A DNA stretch of 64,000 bases from assembly GCA_963693365.1 (NCBI GenBank), contig CAVNZM010000004.1:7291093-7355092 (forward strand), written 5' to 3'. Below, in pieces: positions 27,794-41,886 of this stretch. Numbering within the stretch: the first letter of the stretch is position 1; each line of letters begins with the position of its first letter. The notes below the pieces were generated by a model. That model was not told where the DNA came from. It worked only from the letters and a program-made list of their open reading frames with translations, and ran no database searches. A program made the position numbers and the translations under genes. The DNA is from Amoebidium appalachense (lineage: Eukaryota > Protista > Ichthyosporea).

Positions 27794-29813
27794 CTCGCCC
27801 AAAGGGTACACAAAAAAATTTGCTCGTGCCGAACCAAATAAGGCAAAAATGGCAACCAAGTTCAACCAATAGTCTTATTTCTTTTGAAGCAGTTCCATGG
27901 GATAGGAAATCTGTAGGAGGGAATCCCAAAAAGGGCGTGAATCGTGGCGTGCTTGTGTGATTTTATTTTATTTTTATAATGACTTTATTGATATGCTCAG
28001 CAAAATAGAAGCCATCGAGATATCACCAATATCTCGGAGAAGAAAACACAAAAGCCCTGAGGAGATAAAACCAAGTCAAAAGAAAATAATCTACACCCTA
28101 GAAAACTCGTTAAACATACCGTGGTTCAAACGGATAGTCAATAGACGTAATATCAGGATTATCTTAATAAGCCAGTCTTCTATTTCTAACGGAAAAATCT
28201 GAGATAAATAAATACATCTATCTAAGTGTTTACGAGAAAAAGGTTCTGCACAAAAGTGGCACAAACATTTATGGAAACAAAGGTTACAGCGCCAAAATAA
28301 TTATTTCCAAGCTATATCACAATGTGTGATTTTTATTTTCTTTTGACTCCTTCAACAAACATATTGCAATATAATTATAAATACTTTATAACAAATAGGT
28401 CATAGTGGTATATTCACAATACATAATGGGACGTTTCCTGCCGATGATTTGTTTTTTCATTACCCATAGCGAACCATAGTTCTTCTACAGTAACAGTACA
28501 GGTATTCATACATTGGATTTTGAAATTTTGGGGCCCGGCCCTGCGATACGCCCCCACCAAGGAGTATCGGGTGACTATATTTGGGGGACCGCATGCGCAT
28601 GGCGTATATGCATGGCAAGCGAAGTAAAGATCTGTCATGGACATTTTGATTGATGAATATCAAGCCAAACTTGTCTCATTTCGAGCCAGCTGCACGTAAA
28701 ATGTTTGATGTGATTGTGAAAAAAACCGTTATTTAAGTTAACTCTCACATGGCTGTTTCCATCTAAGGATATGACAGCCGAGGCTTTCTACTAAGTTTTG
28801 CTATGTAGGTTCTGCATGCATATGTCGTGCACGCACTAGGATCTATCCCGCCCATCTTTAACTGAATATCTACAGTTATACTCTTGCTGTAACGGGACCT
28901 CCAAATCAAGTAATTAAAACGGGCTTTTCTCCCTATAAAACTATGAATTAACTTTTTATAATATAACACCAACTTCTAGATTTGATCGCTCCTTATTTGA
29001 TCCAATATCACTGCTGAGAGTTCATGTTTCGGTTATCTCCAGGGGACAACTGAGCGAAGCAAAGCGGTGTAAACTTGGCGCTCGGCATGGGTGAGATACA
29101 ACGCCGGGGTTGTTTTTTTTTCTTTCTTGCTCCTCCTTCTAGCCTATGGGTGTGAGCGGCTTTCGCGACTGGACACTTCTTAGACCCAAGGGATGATAAC
29201 ATACGGAGGAAACTGGGGAATGGAAAAAAGACCCCGAAGGAAGGGGGGGGAGGGGGGAGGGGGGGGGGGGGGGGAAGGGAGGGAGGGAAGGGGCTGGAGG
29301 GGGAGGTACAAGCAGGTGTGTGTGTGTACATGTGCGTGCTTGGGCGCATACTACAGGCGACCGAGTGCTTTTTGTTGCCTATAATTTCCGAGTGTGAACC
29401 CGCGTGTGTACACCTTGTTCGTAAAAGGGTACCTTGCGATAGAGCTAAGATGAGGATCGTAGATATTTACACATCACCATTAAAAGAGATGTGTTCGGGT
29501 CCACCTGTTACAGAGCTTGGCTTAATGGGACCGTCACGGGCGGTGAGTGGGAATGGAGAGGGAAACGGGACGGGAGGGTGGGGGGGTGGGGGGGGGGGGA
29601 GGGGAGGGGACGAGGGGAGGGGGAGGGGATCGAGCGAGCTGGGCGGCTGGCTAGAAAGCTTGTGCACGCGTGGTGTGTCTCCTGTGCGCCTGTGTCTGCC
29701 TAATAAAGAGGATAAAGAGAAAAGAGGCAGCGGAGAGGACGTTCCGAAGTTCTAGGGAGGTTCTCAGACTGACATATTTCTGCCATGCTGCACGATAAAG
29801 GATGTGTGTGTGT

Positions 29814-29847
<34 letters not shown>

Positions 29848-30907
29848 ACGGGTGTATGTATGTGTGGTAGGATGGGGTGGGGGGAGGGGGGGGGGGTCGT
29901 AAACCCACTTAACTCTGTGGCTGACTTGATTATGCTGTAGTTGCGGCTAACACACTGAGTTTAAATTTGTGGTGTAGCTCAAAAAACCTCACCTGCGTAG
30001 GAGCAAGGCTTGCTATAGTGTTTGTGTGCATAGGTATGGCCCATCGCTTTCTGTCTACCTACCAAAGATCATAGGGTATGTGCTTGTGCTTGTACTTGTT
30101 GGGGAAAGGAATCGTTATCATATAATATATGTCTGTGGAAGTATTGGAGGGTTACTAACAATACGGAAGAGTCCATCCTCCCCGAAGGGGGAGGGGGGGG
30201 GGGGGGGGGCGGGGGGGGAGGACAGGTCATCCACAGTAACTTAGTGCTGGGTGTGACGACACAGTAGTCCTTTCAATCTTGGAAGGAACCTGGGAAGGTA
30301 GAACACACTTCTGATTCTTCTTTGTCACCTGTGGGTTGTGCTCGAGCTCGTTTCCCTGGGCCATATTAGGACCTAGGTGTTACACAGTGACACCAGGAAT
30401 TATTGGTTACGGCCCGCACACCCACACATACATACACACCAGAGCACACACCGTCATACACGATGAGTTCCGGTGCCATCAAATGAGCTGAAAAGTGATT
30501 GTCGGACTGTTCAAGAGACATTCAAGAGAGCTCGTCATATATTACACAGCAAGAAAGATAAGTTCATTTGTCCATGATAAGATCTTCTTCAGGTGCGACC
30601 AGCACACACTCTTGTAGAATTTTCTTGTGCATGGGCATGAACAAAGAGTAAAACATATGTACTGCATAAGTACTCCATACACTGTTACAATATGCACAAT
30701 TCTACGGATGTCAAAGCCTTCAATTGAATGTATAAGGAGTGGTACGACCCTGGAGAATGAACTGCTCGAGGTAAAGTGTTAGTGCTTTTGGGTAGTTTTT
30801 CAGAGGTATTACAAGCATTCATCTATGTATTATCTGTAGCTCATGAATATGCCGCGGCAAACGGCAAGATCTCTATAGACACGATTAACATGGAAAACAC
30901 CCATCGG

Positions 30908-31753
30908 TTACAATACTGCGTTCAGCTGCCTAAGCAACTGCGTCAACTGGAGCATTTCCATTTGCGACAAACCTGCTGGTTCTGTCATATCGGGTGCCGG
31001 GCGGCGTCGGGTATAACCAGCAATGGACGCTAGCACATCTTCAATAGAATCACTCACCAAGTTGCTTGAAAAGGAATCACTCACCAAGTTGCTTGAAAAC
31101 GTTTTGCGTGCTGGTGGAAAGTGGGTGTCGCTGACAGACGTGAACGGGTCGGCAAAAGGGGAGGAACTGAAAGAAAGAGTGTCAAAACTCTCCCACGATG
31201 ACACGGATTGCCGGAGCGACTTGCTCGTGCTTGGGTTTGCACACTGGTCGAAACTGTCAAACGAAGTGCTTTCTATAACTCTTCCGTGAGGAGGAAAGCC
31301 CTTTATCACGTGCTCCTTCAAATTGGCTATGGGCACGAAGGAGAGAGGAGAAGTGCAGGGTTTCATGTGCCCGTTGTGAGACGATGACCGGAACGCTTCT
31401 GGTGACCCAATGGGATCTGTTGAGTAGTCGGCCGTCGGGTTGGGCAATTGCCACCTTGCATCGTGCTTCTTGGCTCTTAGCCCGTGCTTGGAAAAATAAT
31501 GATGTTGTAGAGATCGCCAAGCCTCATAGCGTTTATTGCAGCCTTGTTGTTGGCAGTAAAACGAGCGATGGAGCTCGAAGGCACTTCGTCTTCTCCTTGG
31601 TTGTCTTTGTGCTGGTTTGAGGTTGGCGCAGTGTGAATGGGAGGAGGAGTGGGTGCTGTCCGTCATCAGCGGGAGGGAATGTGCTTGTGAAAGGCTTAGG
31701 ATGGCGCTGTCGGAGATCGAGCTGAGCGCTCTCTCGGTGCCCATGTGTATCAT
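30908..31753 (-). CDS. Con7-like single C2H2 zinc-finger transcription factor (paralogue 2), intronless
   Basis: RQPRRRRSAFELHRSFYCQQQGCNKRYEAWRSLQHHYFSKH aligns with the paralogue 1 finger. The first in-frame ATG is 31753 (the track start at 31819 is TTG). An internal 27-bp tandem duplication encodes FSSNLVSDS twice. Confidence 0.85.
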   Translation of the reverse strand: MIHMGTERALSSISDSAILSLSQAHSLPLMTDSTHSSSHSHCANLKPAQRQPRRRRSAFELHRSFYCQQQGCNKRYEAWRSLQHHYFSKHGLRAKKHDARWQLPNPTADYSTDPIGSPEAFRSSSHNGHMKPCTSPLSFVPIANLKEHVIKGFPPHGRVIESTSFDSFDQCANPSTSKSLRQSVSSWESFDTLSFSSSPFADPFTSVSDTHFPPARKTFSSNLVSDSFSSNLVSDSIEDVLASIAGYTRRRPAPDMTEPAGLSQMEMLQLTQLLRQLNAVL

Positions 31754-32047
31754 TTTCACAGGATCGTGACGTGACAATCGGATGGTGAGTGGGACCTTTT
31801 TAATGGTGTGCGGATGCAAAGATGGTCAATTGGTGCAGAAATATAGGCTCGTTCCGAGTCTTTCACGATGTTCTTCTTTCTTGGCACTCTTTTTTTTGCA
31901 GTGCTACATGCGACCTCTCGTTTTAGTTCTGGATAAAGAGATGCTGTGTGGTGTAACGTAGATTTTGTTTTATTGGGTGCAGAGTTCAGGAGAGTTCGCT
32001 CCTATTCTATTCTGCGTGTTTTTTCATTCCGAGTCAGTCCAAAATCA

Positions 32048-32223
32048 GACTGACCTACTCGAAGGAAAAAGCACTCCTTTTATACCCTCCTGCCCAAAAG
32101 GTGCAAGGTATCATGTTGATTCGTCAGATAAGACAGCGCGCGCACATCGCGCACCCTTGTGACCAATAGGGCCGCGCGGCCCGCCGGGCCCGGAAGTTCA
32201 AAGCCACGTGAATCACTGACTCA
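32048..32223 (-). promoter_or_regulatory. Promoter of Con7-like gene 2: TATAAAA plus TCAGTC initiator (predicted TSS 32051), with upstream CCAAT, CACGTG and TGACTCA motifs
   Basis: TATAAAA at 32084-32078, TCAGTC at 32053-32048, CCAAT ~32163, CACGTG 32205, TGACTCA 32217. Confidence 0.6.
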
Positions 32224-35200
32224 TGCATTACACACTTCTGTTGTTCTCGCCATGTTGTAAGAAATGAGCATAGCTCTGAAAATGAATTCTTATACGTTTA
32301 AGCATTCGATTTACGTTTATTGCATGCACCATTCTCCCCCCCCCCATCATGTTATCGGTCTCAAAAGAATCAATTTGTGTCTCCCGCCAAGAGTGTAAGA
32401 TCTCTATTGATCGCCGAGTCGACTCTCCTCGGACCGACTCAGAACTTCAGAAGGGGCCAGAGCCATCGATATCCGCCGGCTCCAGGAAGGAATGCATTGC
32501 CGACTCGAGCTCCCGGGGCCTCCGGCGTCATGAGCTCCCAGGCCTGATCAGCCGTGTTATCATATCACCAGATGTAGTGAATGTGTAGAGAAACTTGGGG
32601 GACAAAATCATAGAAAAGAGTTATCTATATATTTACTAGTGGGTGCAGCTGAACTCAATATCCTTCATGTGCACCGTCTGAGAGCATTGCAATTGATGGC
32701 ACGTACAAGCGGATTGATAGGTACTGGGAGCGCTCACATATCAGGGTACAAAATCGGTCGGTTACTTACAACACAGCGTTCAGTGACATGCATGTATGCT
32801 AGCAGCCGTCCTTTTCTAAAAATTCAGCCAATTCTTTGGTTTGTTATGGTTGTGTATGTGTATATTCGTGTTAAATTTACTGAGAGCAGCCAACTCACAT
32901 ACAATAGATGTGACTTGACCGGGTCACGGGGACGTGATCTCGACGGTCGACGTCGCCTATTCAGTATCGATTGGCAAAAATTCAAACCCTCATGTCGAAT
33001 TCTGGTCCAAAAGTTCAACTTCTAAGTTCCGTCGTGACTGTAATTACTTATAAGCTGCTTGTAACACTGCTGACTCCAGGAGGCGGTCCACCAGCCGTGA
33101 TTACACGGGGAATCTGCGTTCATCTTCTTATACTATAATTTCATCTATTAGAGGCAGTCTTTCATCTAAACCTTTCTTCTGGAAGAGAACACATGATGGG
33201 AAAGAGCACCGTTAAATTATCCATGCAGTCCAGATCTTCGGTATAAAGTTAATCAAAATGTTGAAGATCCTTTCTGGAATGCATTGTTTGTTGCAACTGC
33301 GGCACTCAAGCACTCAACGACCGGCGCTACTGCTGATCGCTTACTCTAGGCATGGAACCGTTCCCTTTAGGGCATTACAAAATATGCAGCCAACTTGTAA
33401 GAAAAGTAACCATAATCGGAATAATTCTTGAATACTCTAGTAGCACCCAGGCCCAAACTACTTGGAAACCGTTTTAAGTTAAAGGTATGGTGCAGGGTGC
33501 TTATTGCTTACTTCACCAGCCGATTGTTGTGGGCCGTGGCATAGGAAAATCCTTGCTGATATGGATGGTGCGGACCGAGCCAATCACAACAGATTATGCA
33601 CAATTATGTAATATAGTGATTGGCTAAAAAAGATCTGTTGTTATTGGATGTTCGGAGATCGTCCAATCATTAATTAAGATTGCACGCGTCACATACATAC
33701 AGTCACAGGCTCATCAGCCTCATCCCTCTATGCCTGTAGACCTGCGGCTGCTAATATCTGCTGCCGACAGTAACCGTTGGGCGTAAGGCTGGTCGTGTAA
33801 TACTACATACATACGTTCAAATATGGCATGTCCGTGACGTCTTTGGGGCTGAAAAAGTGGAACTGCAGCCGCGCATACGTCAGTGATAAGGGCACTGAAA
33901 CGGGAAACATTGCACGTGTACACATGTCCCCCATGGCCAGGACCGTCGACGGTCGACCGGTTCACTTGGTTCAATGCTCATTATTTATCGTGCACCATCG
34001 ATATCATTGGCGCTTTCAACCTTCCGAGAACTTGCGCGCCGTGCCTACGTAGATGCCGCCCGTTTGACCGGCGCAGACATCAGAAGGTGGCACGGTCCGT
34101 AAATATATTCACAATAGATGCATACTAGTACTAGTGCTAACCACATTACCGCATTTATCTACTTTTCAAATACTTTTAGGTGTAGTAGATAAAACAAAAA
34201 ATAGGTCACATGTGTATTCGTATGTCACAGCATGTACAGTATTGCACCGCGTAACTGCTACCTTCTGAGGTAGCTCTTATTTTTCAAGGCTTGCCATCAA
34301 TGCCATGGCTAAAGGCCACGCGGACGACCTGCAGAGCGGCTAACCACGTGACTCACCTGCCCTTGAAAAATAGCCAGCGTCTCAGCCAGCGACGATTTAT
34401 TCGTACGTACCATAGGCTAGATCTGGCACAGTCAGTACGTGCCAGACCGCGTAAACGGCGTTCTGGCCACGCCTACTACAATACGTATTTTGCTGATATT
34501 ATAAAGTGTCACGGTGTCTGCAAGTTACACTGTGACAATATAGGACGCTTATCGTGACTCAACAAGGCGAGTATTGTGACGGAACCAATGTGTGTTTGCG
34601 AATTAGTATTCATGCTTGTGAAGTTGTGAGTTGCCCACTCACAGAACTAATATTATCATGAATCAAGTTAAAAATAATGAGCTAATTAGCAATGCGCTAA
34701 TTAGGCTCGACTCATGATCACATATATAATTACGTATACTACCGTAACGGTCTCGGGAGGCATCCGGCGAGGCTATTGCAAGGGTCCCAGTAGATAGATG
34801 GAGCCGGTCATGTGGCGCAACTGCCCTCCGAAGATCTTGCTAGAAGAATGTAAGAAGGAATGCACTTTTGTGCCTCCCAGGCCCGAATGAGGCTCAGCGC
34901 ATTCGAGAAATGGCTCACCGTGAACCTCGTCCACCAATATGATAGGGCAGTAAAGTTGAATCCAATGCATGCGTGCGTGATATTGCGTGCGCAGTGCACA
35001 CGTGTCATGGCACTCACAGTGTGCCGCGTGACGTGCAAGTGAGTGTCCACGTGACTGGGTATATGACATGGTTGGCAATACATGCATATGGAACCTGTAC
35101 AGGTTGAATCGATATCGATGACGTCGACTTATTACAGATGATTCAGATTCTCATAAGCGTTCGTACGATAGATGTGTGTGTGCGCATCACGGCACCTACG

Positions 35201-35321
35201 TGGCCCGGGACACCTTTAGCCTACCCGGCATTTTTATAATTCCCTGAGAACGCGTGGGCCGGCGTGGCACCTGGGTCTTTTTGTGATAAATTGATTTTGA
35301 AATTGAAGGAGGGTGCACGTG

Positions 35322-35361
<40 letters not shown>

Positions 35362-35854
35362 GTACAGGTGTCAAAGGAAACTTTTCATCGGGAATTTTTT
35401 TACTGACACTTGTATACGTAGCTATCATGAGAATTCAAGTTTTTGCACAACACCCCCCCCCCCCCCCCCCCCCCCCCTCCTCCCTCCCTCCTGGCATGTA
35501 GGCTCTACAATCTCCCCTCCGAATCGATATCCCTGGCCCTTACTAGTCTAACTAACCCCAATCACATTAGCCGCCGTTCTAGTTTCCTATTAATATGGCT
35601 AGTAGTACTTTATTTTCCATTACTATGACTTGGCTCTCCCCGGGCCGTATACACTACACTGTACATGCCGGGACTAGTCCTCCACTGAATCTGGCAGATA
35701 TGTGTACATATGCATATATATATACATGATCATCGAGCCGATTAATTTTTTTTGCTTAAATTTAAAGTTTACTAATTTATATTTAGTAGACCTTCCAACT
35801 CCTCCAACGGTTTCTTAGTCTTTGAAACCGGCCCCTTCTCCCCCCCCTCCCCCC

Positions 35855-35889
<35 letters not shown>

Positions 35890-36302
35890 CCCAGTCTCCC
35901 CCCAATTCACTCTCCTCTCACTTATAAGAGTATGTATTTGCACGATCATATGATCAATTGTTCCTCTAGGCTAGGCCTGTACATGTGTCGATGTCGTAGA
36001 CTAATCTCATTGGGCTATATGCATATCATATGCTTGGACGTTGCGCAAACCATTGGTGGTGATGCACAGCTGCAGAGTATGTAGTAGCTACTGCAGGAAG
36101 GCCTAAGATCAATCGAGTGACATGTCGTCTCGGCTGTCAGCGAGGGATATTAATTAGTAGAAATCCGAATTGCTTTATTGGAAAACTTAGTATTAGATTG
36201 GGTGTTGGGATCGATGCAGTCAGTTTAATTAATGACGTGGCATGCAAGTCCCTCGCTGCTCCCCCAGGAAAAAAAAAATGGAAAGAAAGAAAGAAAGAGA
36301 CC

Positions 36303-36354
<52 letters not shown>

Positions 36355-36592
36355 GAAGTGAGAAAAGGAGATGGAAGAGGGAGAGGAAAAAGGAGAGGAA
36401 GCGAGAGCCTCATGAACAGGAAGCCTAAATTCATTGAGAGGAAGACGTCATCATGGACAGAGAGGAGAAAGAGCCTCAAGAGAGAAAGAGCTCGAGAAAG
36501 GGGGGGGGGGGGAGGGAGGGAGGGAGGGAGAAGATCTAGAGATAGACTCTGAGGGTCGAGAGGAGGAAGGGTGGAATAGGGGGGGGGGGAGA

Positions 36593-36890
<298 letters not shown>

Positions 36891-37616
36891 AGAGAGCCCG
36901 ATCAGGGGGAGCGAGGGATCTAGGAGAGAGAGAAAGTGGGGGCAGGGGGGTGGGGCTTGGGGTCTTACGTCAGGAGGGGAGTTGTGGCCCAGGCCGGGGG
37001 GCGCCGGAGCCTCAAGGAGAGGGGGGGGGGGGGGGGGGGGGGAAGGGGGGGGGGGGGGGGAGGGGGGGGGGGGGGGGGGGGGAGGGGGGGGGGGATGAAG
37101 AGAGAAAGAAAGCAAGTGTCGAACCTGAAAATTTGAATCCGGCCCGCAGTGTACGTAATGCAGCTTTCAGCTACCACCCCTGGAAAAGCAAACTTGACCA
37201 CCGCCTCCACAAGCAACACACACACACGTGTATTACTGTGCACTCAGGCCCTGCCAGGCAATCTGCAGCCAGGCCCTGACCCGATCGCTAAGAATCATTA
37301 TGATTCGGCTCATCGAAAGGGCACTTTGCTCTGGGACAGCCAGAGCCGGGCCGTCCACTCTGTTCAGCTCTGACGCCTACGTCTGCGAAAGCAATGTAAC
37401 CACGCACCACAAGGTTTTCAGTGACCCGGATAGCGCCGGCGGGCAGCCCAGAAAGGGCAAGGCTTCCTACAAAAAACTCGCACAGATTCTGAGGCAGACA
37501 AGCCTCAAGTTAGGCCTATTCAAAAGAGTCAAAAGGGCCACACAGACTTCACTTTCACTTCGATCTCTTAGCTGTCACGTCAGCTTTTTTTCCCGATTCT
37601 TCACCATGGCAGGTAT

Positions 37617-38096
37617 TGTAAACAACTGTACACATGAACTGTACATGTTTACTAAAGAATGTGATCTACTAGCACACGATTCGTGCTTTGTCATGAATAT
37701 CACATAAATATTATGTCCGCACCAATAGGACTCACTCTGACCTAAGAATTGAACCATATATGGTTCTTCAGCTGCATACCACATAAACGAAGTGAACCAA
37801 TAAGAGGTTTGCATAAATAGGACAAAGGTCTGACTGGCTCGGACCGCACCAGAATCACGAATGGCATGTTGCCACCCGCGCTGGCCGCGGATGAACCAAT
37901 CCTGGGCCTTGATCCGAAACCTGGGGGCTATATAAGAAAGCCGTCCCAGTACGGGGATCACATCAGTGAAGTCTGAGACAGACTGAGTCGGCCCATAGTA
38001 AAAGCAACCTGGCCACGTGTGCCTTTCTACCCGTTCTCTGTCTTTATTTTGATTCAGTTGTACTCTGCCTTATCCTAACTAGTCCAACTGTTTACA
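37617..38096 (+). repeat. 5' LTR (480 bp)
   Basis: TG...CA ends with an 8-bp terminal inverted repeat; internal TATATAA at 37929; followed by the PBS. Confidence 0.95.
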
Positions 38097-38097
38097 T

Positions 38098-38111
38098 TGG
38101 CGACCGCGCAG
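38098..38111 (+). other. Primer-binding site, probably tRNA-Arg
   Basis: TGGCGACCGCGCAG lies 1 nt after LTR1 and is complementary to a tRNA 3' end ...CGCGGUCG-CCA, as recalled for eukaryotic tRNA-Arg(UCG). Confidence 0.7.
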
Positions 38112-40698
38112 TTCAAGAATCTCGCATCCTTCGAATCTCACATCTTTCAATCAGTTCAAGAATCTCACATCTTTCAATCAGCTCAAGAATCTCCCATGGC
38201 CGATCACAATCCTTTTTACCCCGATGATAGGCACATCTTTCCTTGTCCGGCTTAGAATATATACACCTACAAGTTTGAAGTGGCCAGCCCACCTACACGG
38301 AAAGAATTGAAAGCATGTAAAACTTCTTTTGCTACGACACATCAAAAATGTGAAGAAAAACGAATACACAACGAAACAACGAATACACGAACAAACGAAT
38401 AAAGAATTGCTAACGAAGCAATGAACCAACGAAAAACGAACCATCACGAATACGCAATGAAATAAAGAATTAACGACAAACGATTGCATAGAGGAAATAC
38501 GAAATGAATGCATTGCCAACACGAAAACAAAACGAAGTAACGAAGTTATCAAACGACAAAAAACGAAAAACGAAAGCAAAATGAACTGGAAATACGAAAA
38601 TGAAAGGACGAATGCACAACACTGCTTGGGTTGCAATGCACACAGCCCCCTCTATGTTAGGAAGAAAATAAAACCGTTGCCCTTGCGTGCATTGCCCTAT
38701 TGCACACTGCCATCGTGTCCATGCCACCGCATGCACGTCCACACTCGCAAGCCAGATGCACGGCCACTTTCAGCACAAATGCACTTAACGAAGAAGATAG
38801 TCGCTGTTGCTATAGCATGTAGGACCTAAGATCTTATGAAAGTAGTGTTGCATGCATGCTTCGAATCCCTTGCTGTTCTCGAATACAGCATGCCCCATAG
38901 TTTAGCGCCCAGGATGCACAACATGCGCATGAATGTATGCTGGCATGCCTAAACACATTACGAACATATGCCTGACTCATGTTTGGCGGCCCTTCCTGGT
39001 GCCACGCCCTAACGAATTTGCACTCTTGGTGCACAAAAGGCATGTAATAAAGTCGATGCAGAACTTTTGTTCATGCATGTGAAAAACAAAGAAGGTGTTG
39101 GGTACGAATTTTAAGGTGAATGCCCGTCTGTGGCAATACGGTGTAACATACCAATTACACTGTCAAGCCTTGCACTAGCTGCCGGCACACCCCCACCAGA
39201 ACAAAAGAATGTGGTATGGGCACCGCTCCCTCACAACCCCATCATACAGTGTCAGTATTTTGGCTGGAAGCCTTTCAGTTTCGAATTACGAATACCCTCC
39301 TTCACTACTGAAGAAAGTGACGTGGAAGACAAATACGAATACGAATGCAAGGTGTTGTTGACTAACACATCGGACCATCATGTGTACCTACTAGGCCCTG
39401 GTACGGAGGTGACCATGTTATTCCCTTGCAATATGATGACACTGTAACAATTTAGCACGTGCATACCCCACCAATGGGCACATGCGGGAGACAACCCCAC
39501 AAGCTGCCTTATTGGGCACCTCTGCTAAAACGAATATTCTTCTCACGAAGGAACAGAAGAATGCCACGAACACGAACCACACACTCACCAGGCAGCTACT
39601 TACATCTAATGTATGTAAGAAGTAGGGTGTGTGAACGGGGTAACTTCATGAACACCAACACGAAAGAAAGCACAGCACAAAGCAGTTCCACGAATACGAA
39701 TGGTTTTGGTATTCCACACAACGAACAGAACCTACAGTAGGGCCACCTACAAATGAAGCAGAGGATGGGGCACCATCCAGACCTGCACTGGAGGATATGA
39801 AAACACGAAGCGCGCTCACGAAGTTGCTTACAAAAGAAAGGGCGACTCCGACGACTTTTCTTTTTAGGCCAAGCCTCCAGAAGAATGTATTATGCCTGGA
39901 ATCCCCCTGCTCAACGAAAATGGCTGGCAAATGGGATACGAAAACTGCTCACGAATGGAAGCATGTGTTTTCTGAAGGAGGCTTGCTTTGCCTACCCTCT
40001 TCTTATGAATTATGAACCGGGCTTTTACTGGTTCTGACGGGTGATATATTTCTTTATGTCGCCCAACGAAGAACACTTGGGCATTTTTATTCTGTTTTTC
40101 CCAGCTCCGATGATGCAGGGTTAAAGCTGAAAGGAAAGAAGTGCTCTTTGTTCATGAAAGAAGTGGCTTTTCCGGCCATGGTGACTCGCCTTACAGTCTT
40201 AAGGTAGAACCGGGATAAGGAGCAGCGGCTAAGCCTTGAAGCTATCCACCACTACCTGAGCTACACTTCAAGTGACCTAAGGCTCGAGTTATATTCATTA
40301 TCGAATGTTTGGTATGATCATTCATCCACACAACCAAATTACTCGCAATTGAAAACGAATCTGCGGGAGTATCCTAAAAAGGAAAAATTCCCAAAAAGGA
40401 ATATACTACTTCTACAGAAAAGCCAAGCACAGAGACGAAGGCTTAGCGAATTATTCGCACGCACACTCTGCAACAATCTTCGCCACGAAAATGAAATCAC
40501 AGAAGAATGCTGCATGAATTTACGTTTTGGCAAATGAAGAAGTGCTCATAGACGTGCACAACTCTATTCCACCGTCCTTGCTCTGTTCTGTCCAGCAGCT
40601 CGGCACACACAAGAATTCTCGCTGAAGGTTGTTTATCGCCTCTCAGCCTGGTGGTTTGCTTGTCTAACGACACCACCAGGCTCCCGACAAGGGGGGAG

Positions 40699-41178
40699 TG
40701 TAAACAACTGTACACATGAACTGTACATGTTTACTAAAGAATGTGATCTACTAGCACACGATTCGTGCTTTGTCATGAATATCACATAAATATTATGTCC
40801 GCACCAATAGGACTCACTCTGACCTAAGAATTGAACCATATATGGTTCTTCAGCTGCATACCACATAAACGAAGTGAACCAATAAGAGGTTTGCATAAAT
40901 AGGACAAAGGTCTGACTGGCTCGGACCGCACCAGAATCACGAATGGCATGTTGCCACCCGCGCTGGCCGCGGATGAACCAATCCTGGGCCTTGATCCGAA
41001 ACCTGGGGGCTATATAAGAAAGCCGTCCCAGTACGGGGATCACATCAGTGAAGTCTGAGACAGACTGAGTCGGCCCATAGTAAAAGCAACTTGGCCGCGT
41101 GTGCCTTTCTACCCGTTCTCTGTCTTTATTCTGATTCAGTTGTTCTCTGCCTTATCCCAACTAGTCCAACTGTTTACA
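40699..41178 (+). repeat. Middle LTR (480 bp)
   Basis: Preceded by a PPT; carries four private substitutions near its 3' end relative to LTR3. Confidence 0.95.
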
Positions 41179-41886
41179 TTGCCTACCCTCTTCTTATGAA
41201 TTATGAACCGGGCTTTTACTGGTTCTGACGGGTGATATATTTCTTTATGTCGCCCAACGAAGAACACTTGGGCATTTTTATTCTGTTTTTCCCAGCTCCG
41301 ATGATGCAGGGTTAAAGCTGAAAGGAAAGAAGTGCTCTTTGTTCATGAAAGAAGTGGCTTTTCCGGCCATGGTGACTCGCCTTACAGTCTTAAGGTAGAA
41401 CCGGGATAAGGAGCAGCGGCTAAGCCTTGAAGCTATCCACCACTACCTGAGCTACGAAGTGACCTAAGGCTCGAGTTATATTCATTATCGAATGTTTGGT
41501 ATGATCATTCATCCACACAACCAAATTACTCGCAATTGAAAACGAATCTGCGGGAGTATCCTAAAAAGGAAAAATTCCCAAAAAGGAATATACTACTTCT
41601 ACAGAAAAGCCAAGCACAGAGACGAAGGCTTAGCGAATTATTCGCACGCACACTCTGCAACAATCTTCGCCACGAAAATGAAATCACAGAAGAATGCTGC
41701 ATGAATTTACGTTTTGGCAAATGAAGAAGTGCTCATAGACGTGCACAACTCTATTCCACCGTCCTTGCTCTGTTCTGTCCAGCAGCTCGGCACACACAAG
41801 AATTCTCGCTGAAGGTTGTTTATCGCCTCTCAGCCTGGTGGTTTGCTTGTCTAACGACACCACCAGGCTCCCGACAAGGGGGGGAG

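Noticed and set aside
27200-27865. 221-aa ORF
   Set aside because: It spans the promoter, UTR exon and pyrimidine-rich intron of the Ala/Pro gene, has a non-ATG start and shows no motifs.
34278-34372. 12-bp inverted repeat as a MITE
   Set aside because: Short and AT-rich, with no convincing TSD and no second copy in the window.
37228-37707. 159-aa ORF at the LTR target
   Set aside because: No recognisable domain; it runs into the LTR, and the reconstructed empty site does not extend to a long ORF.
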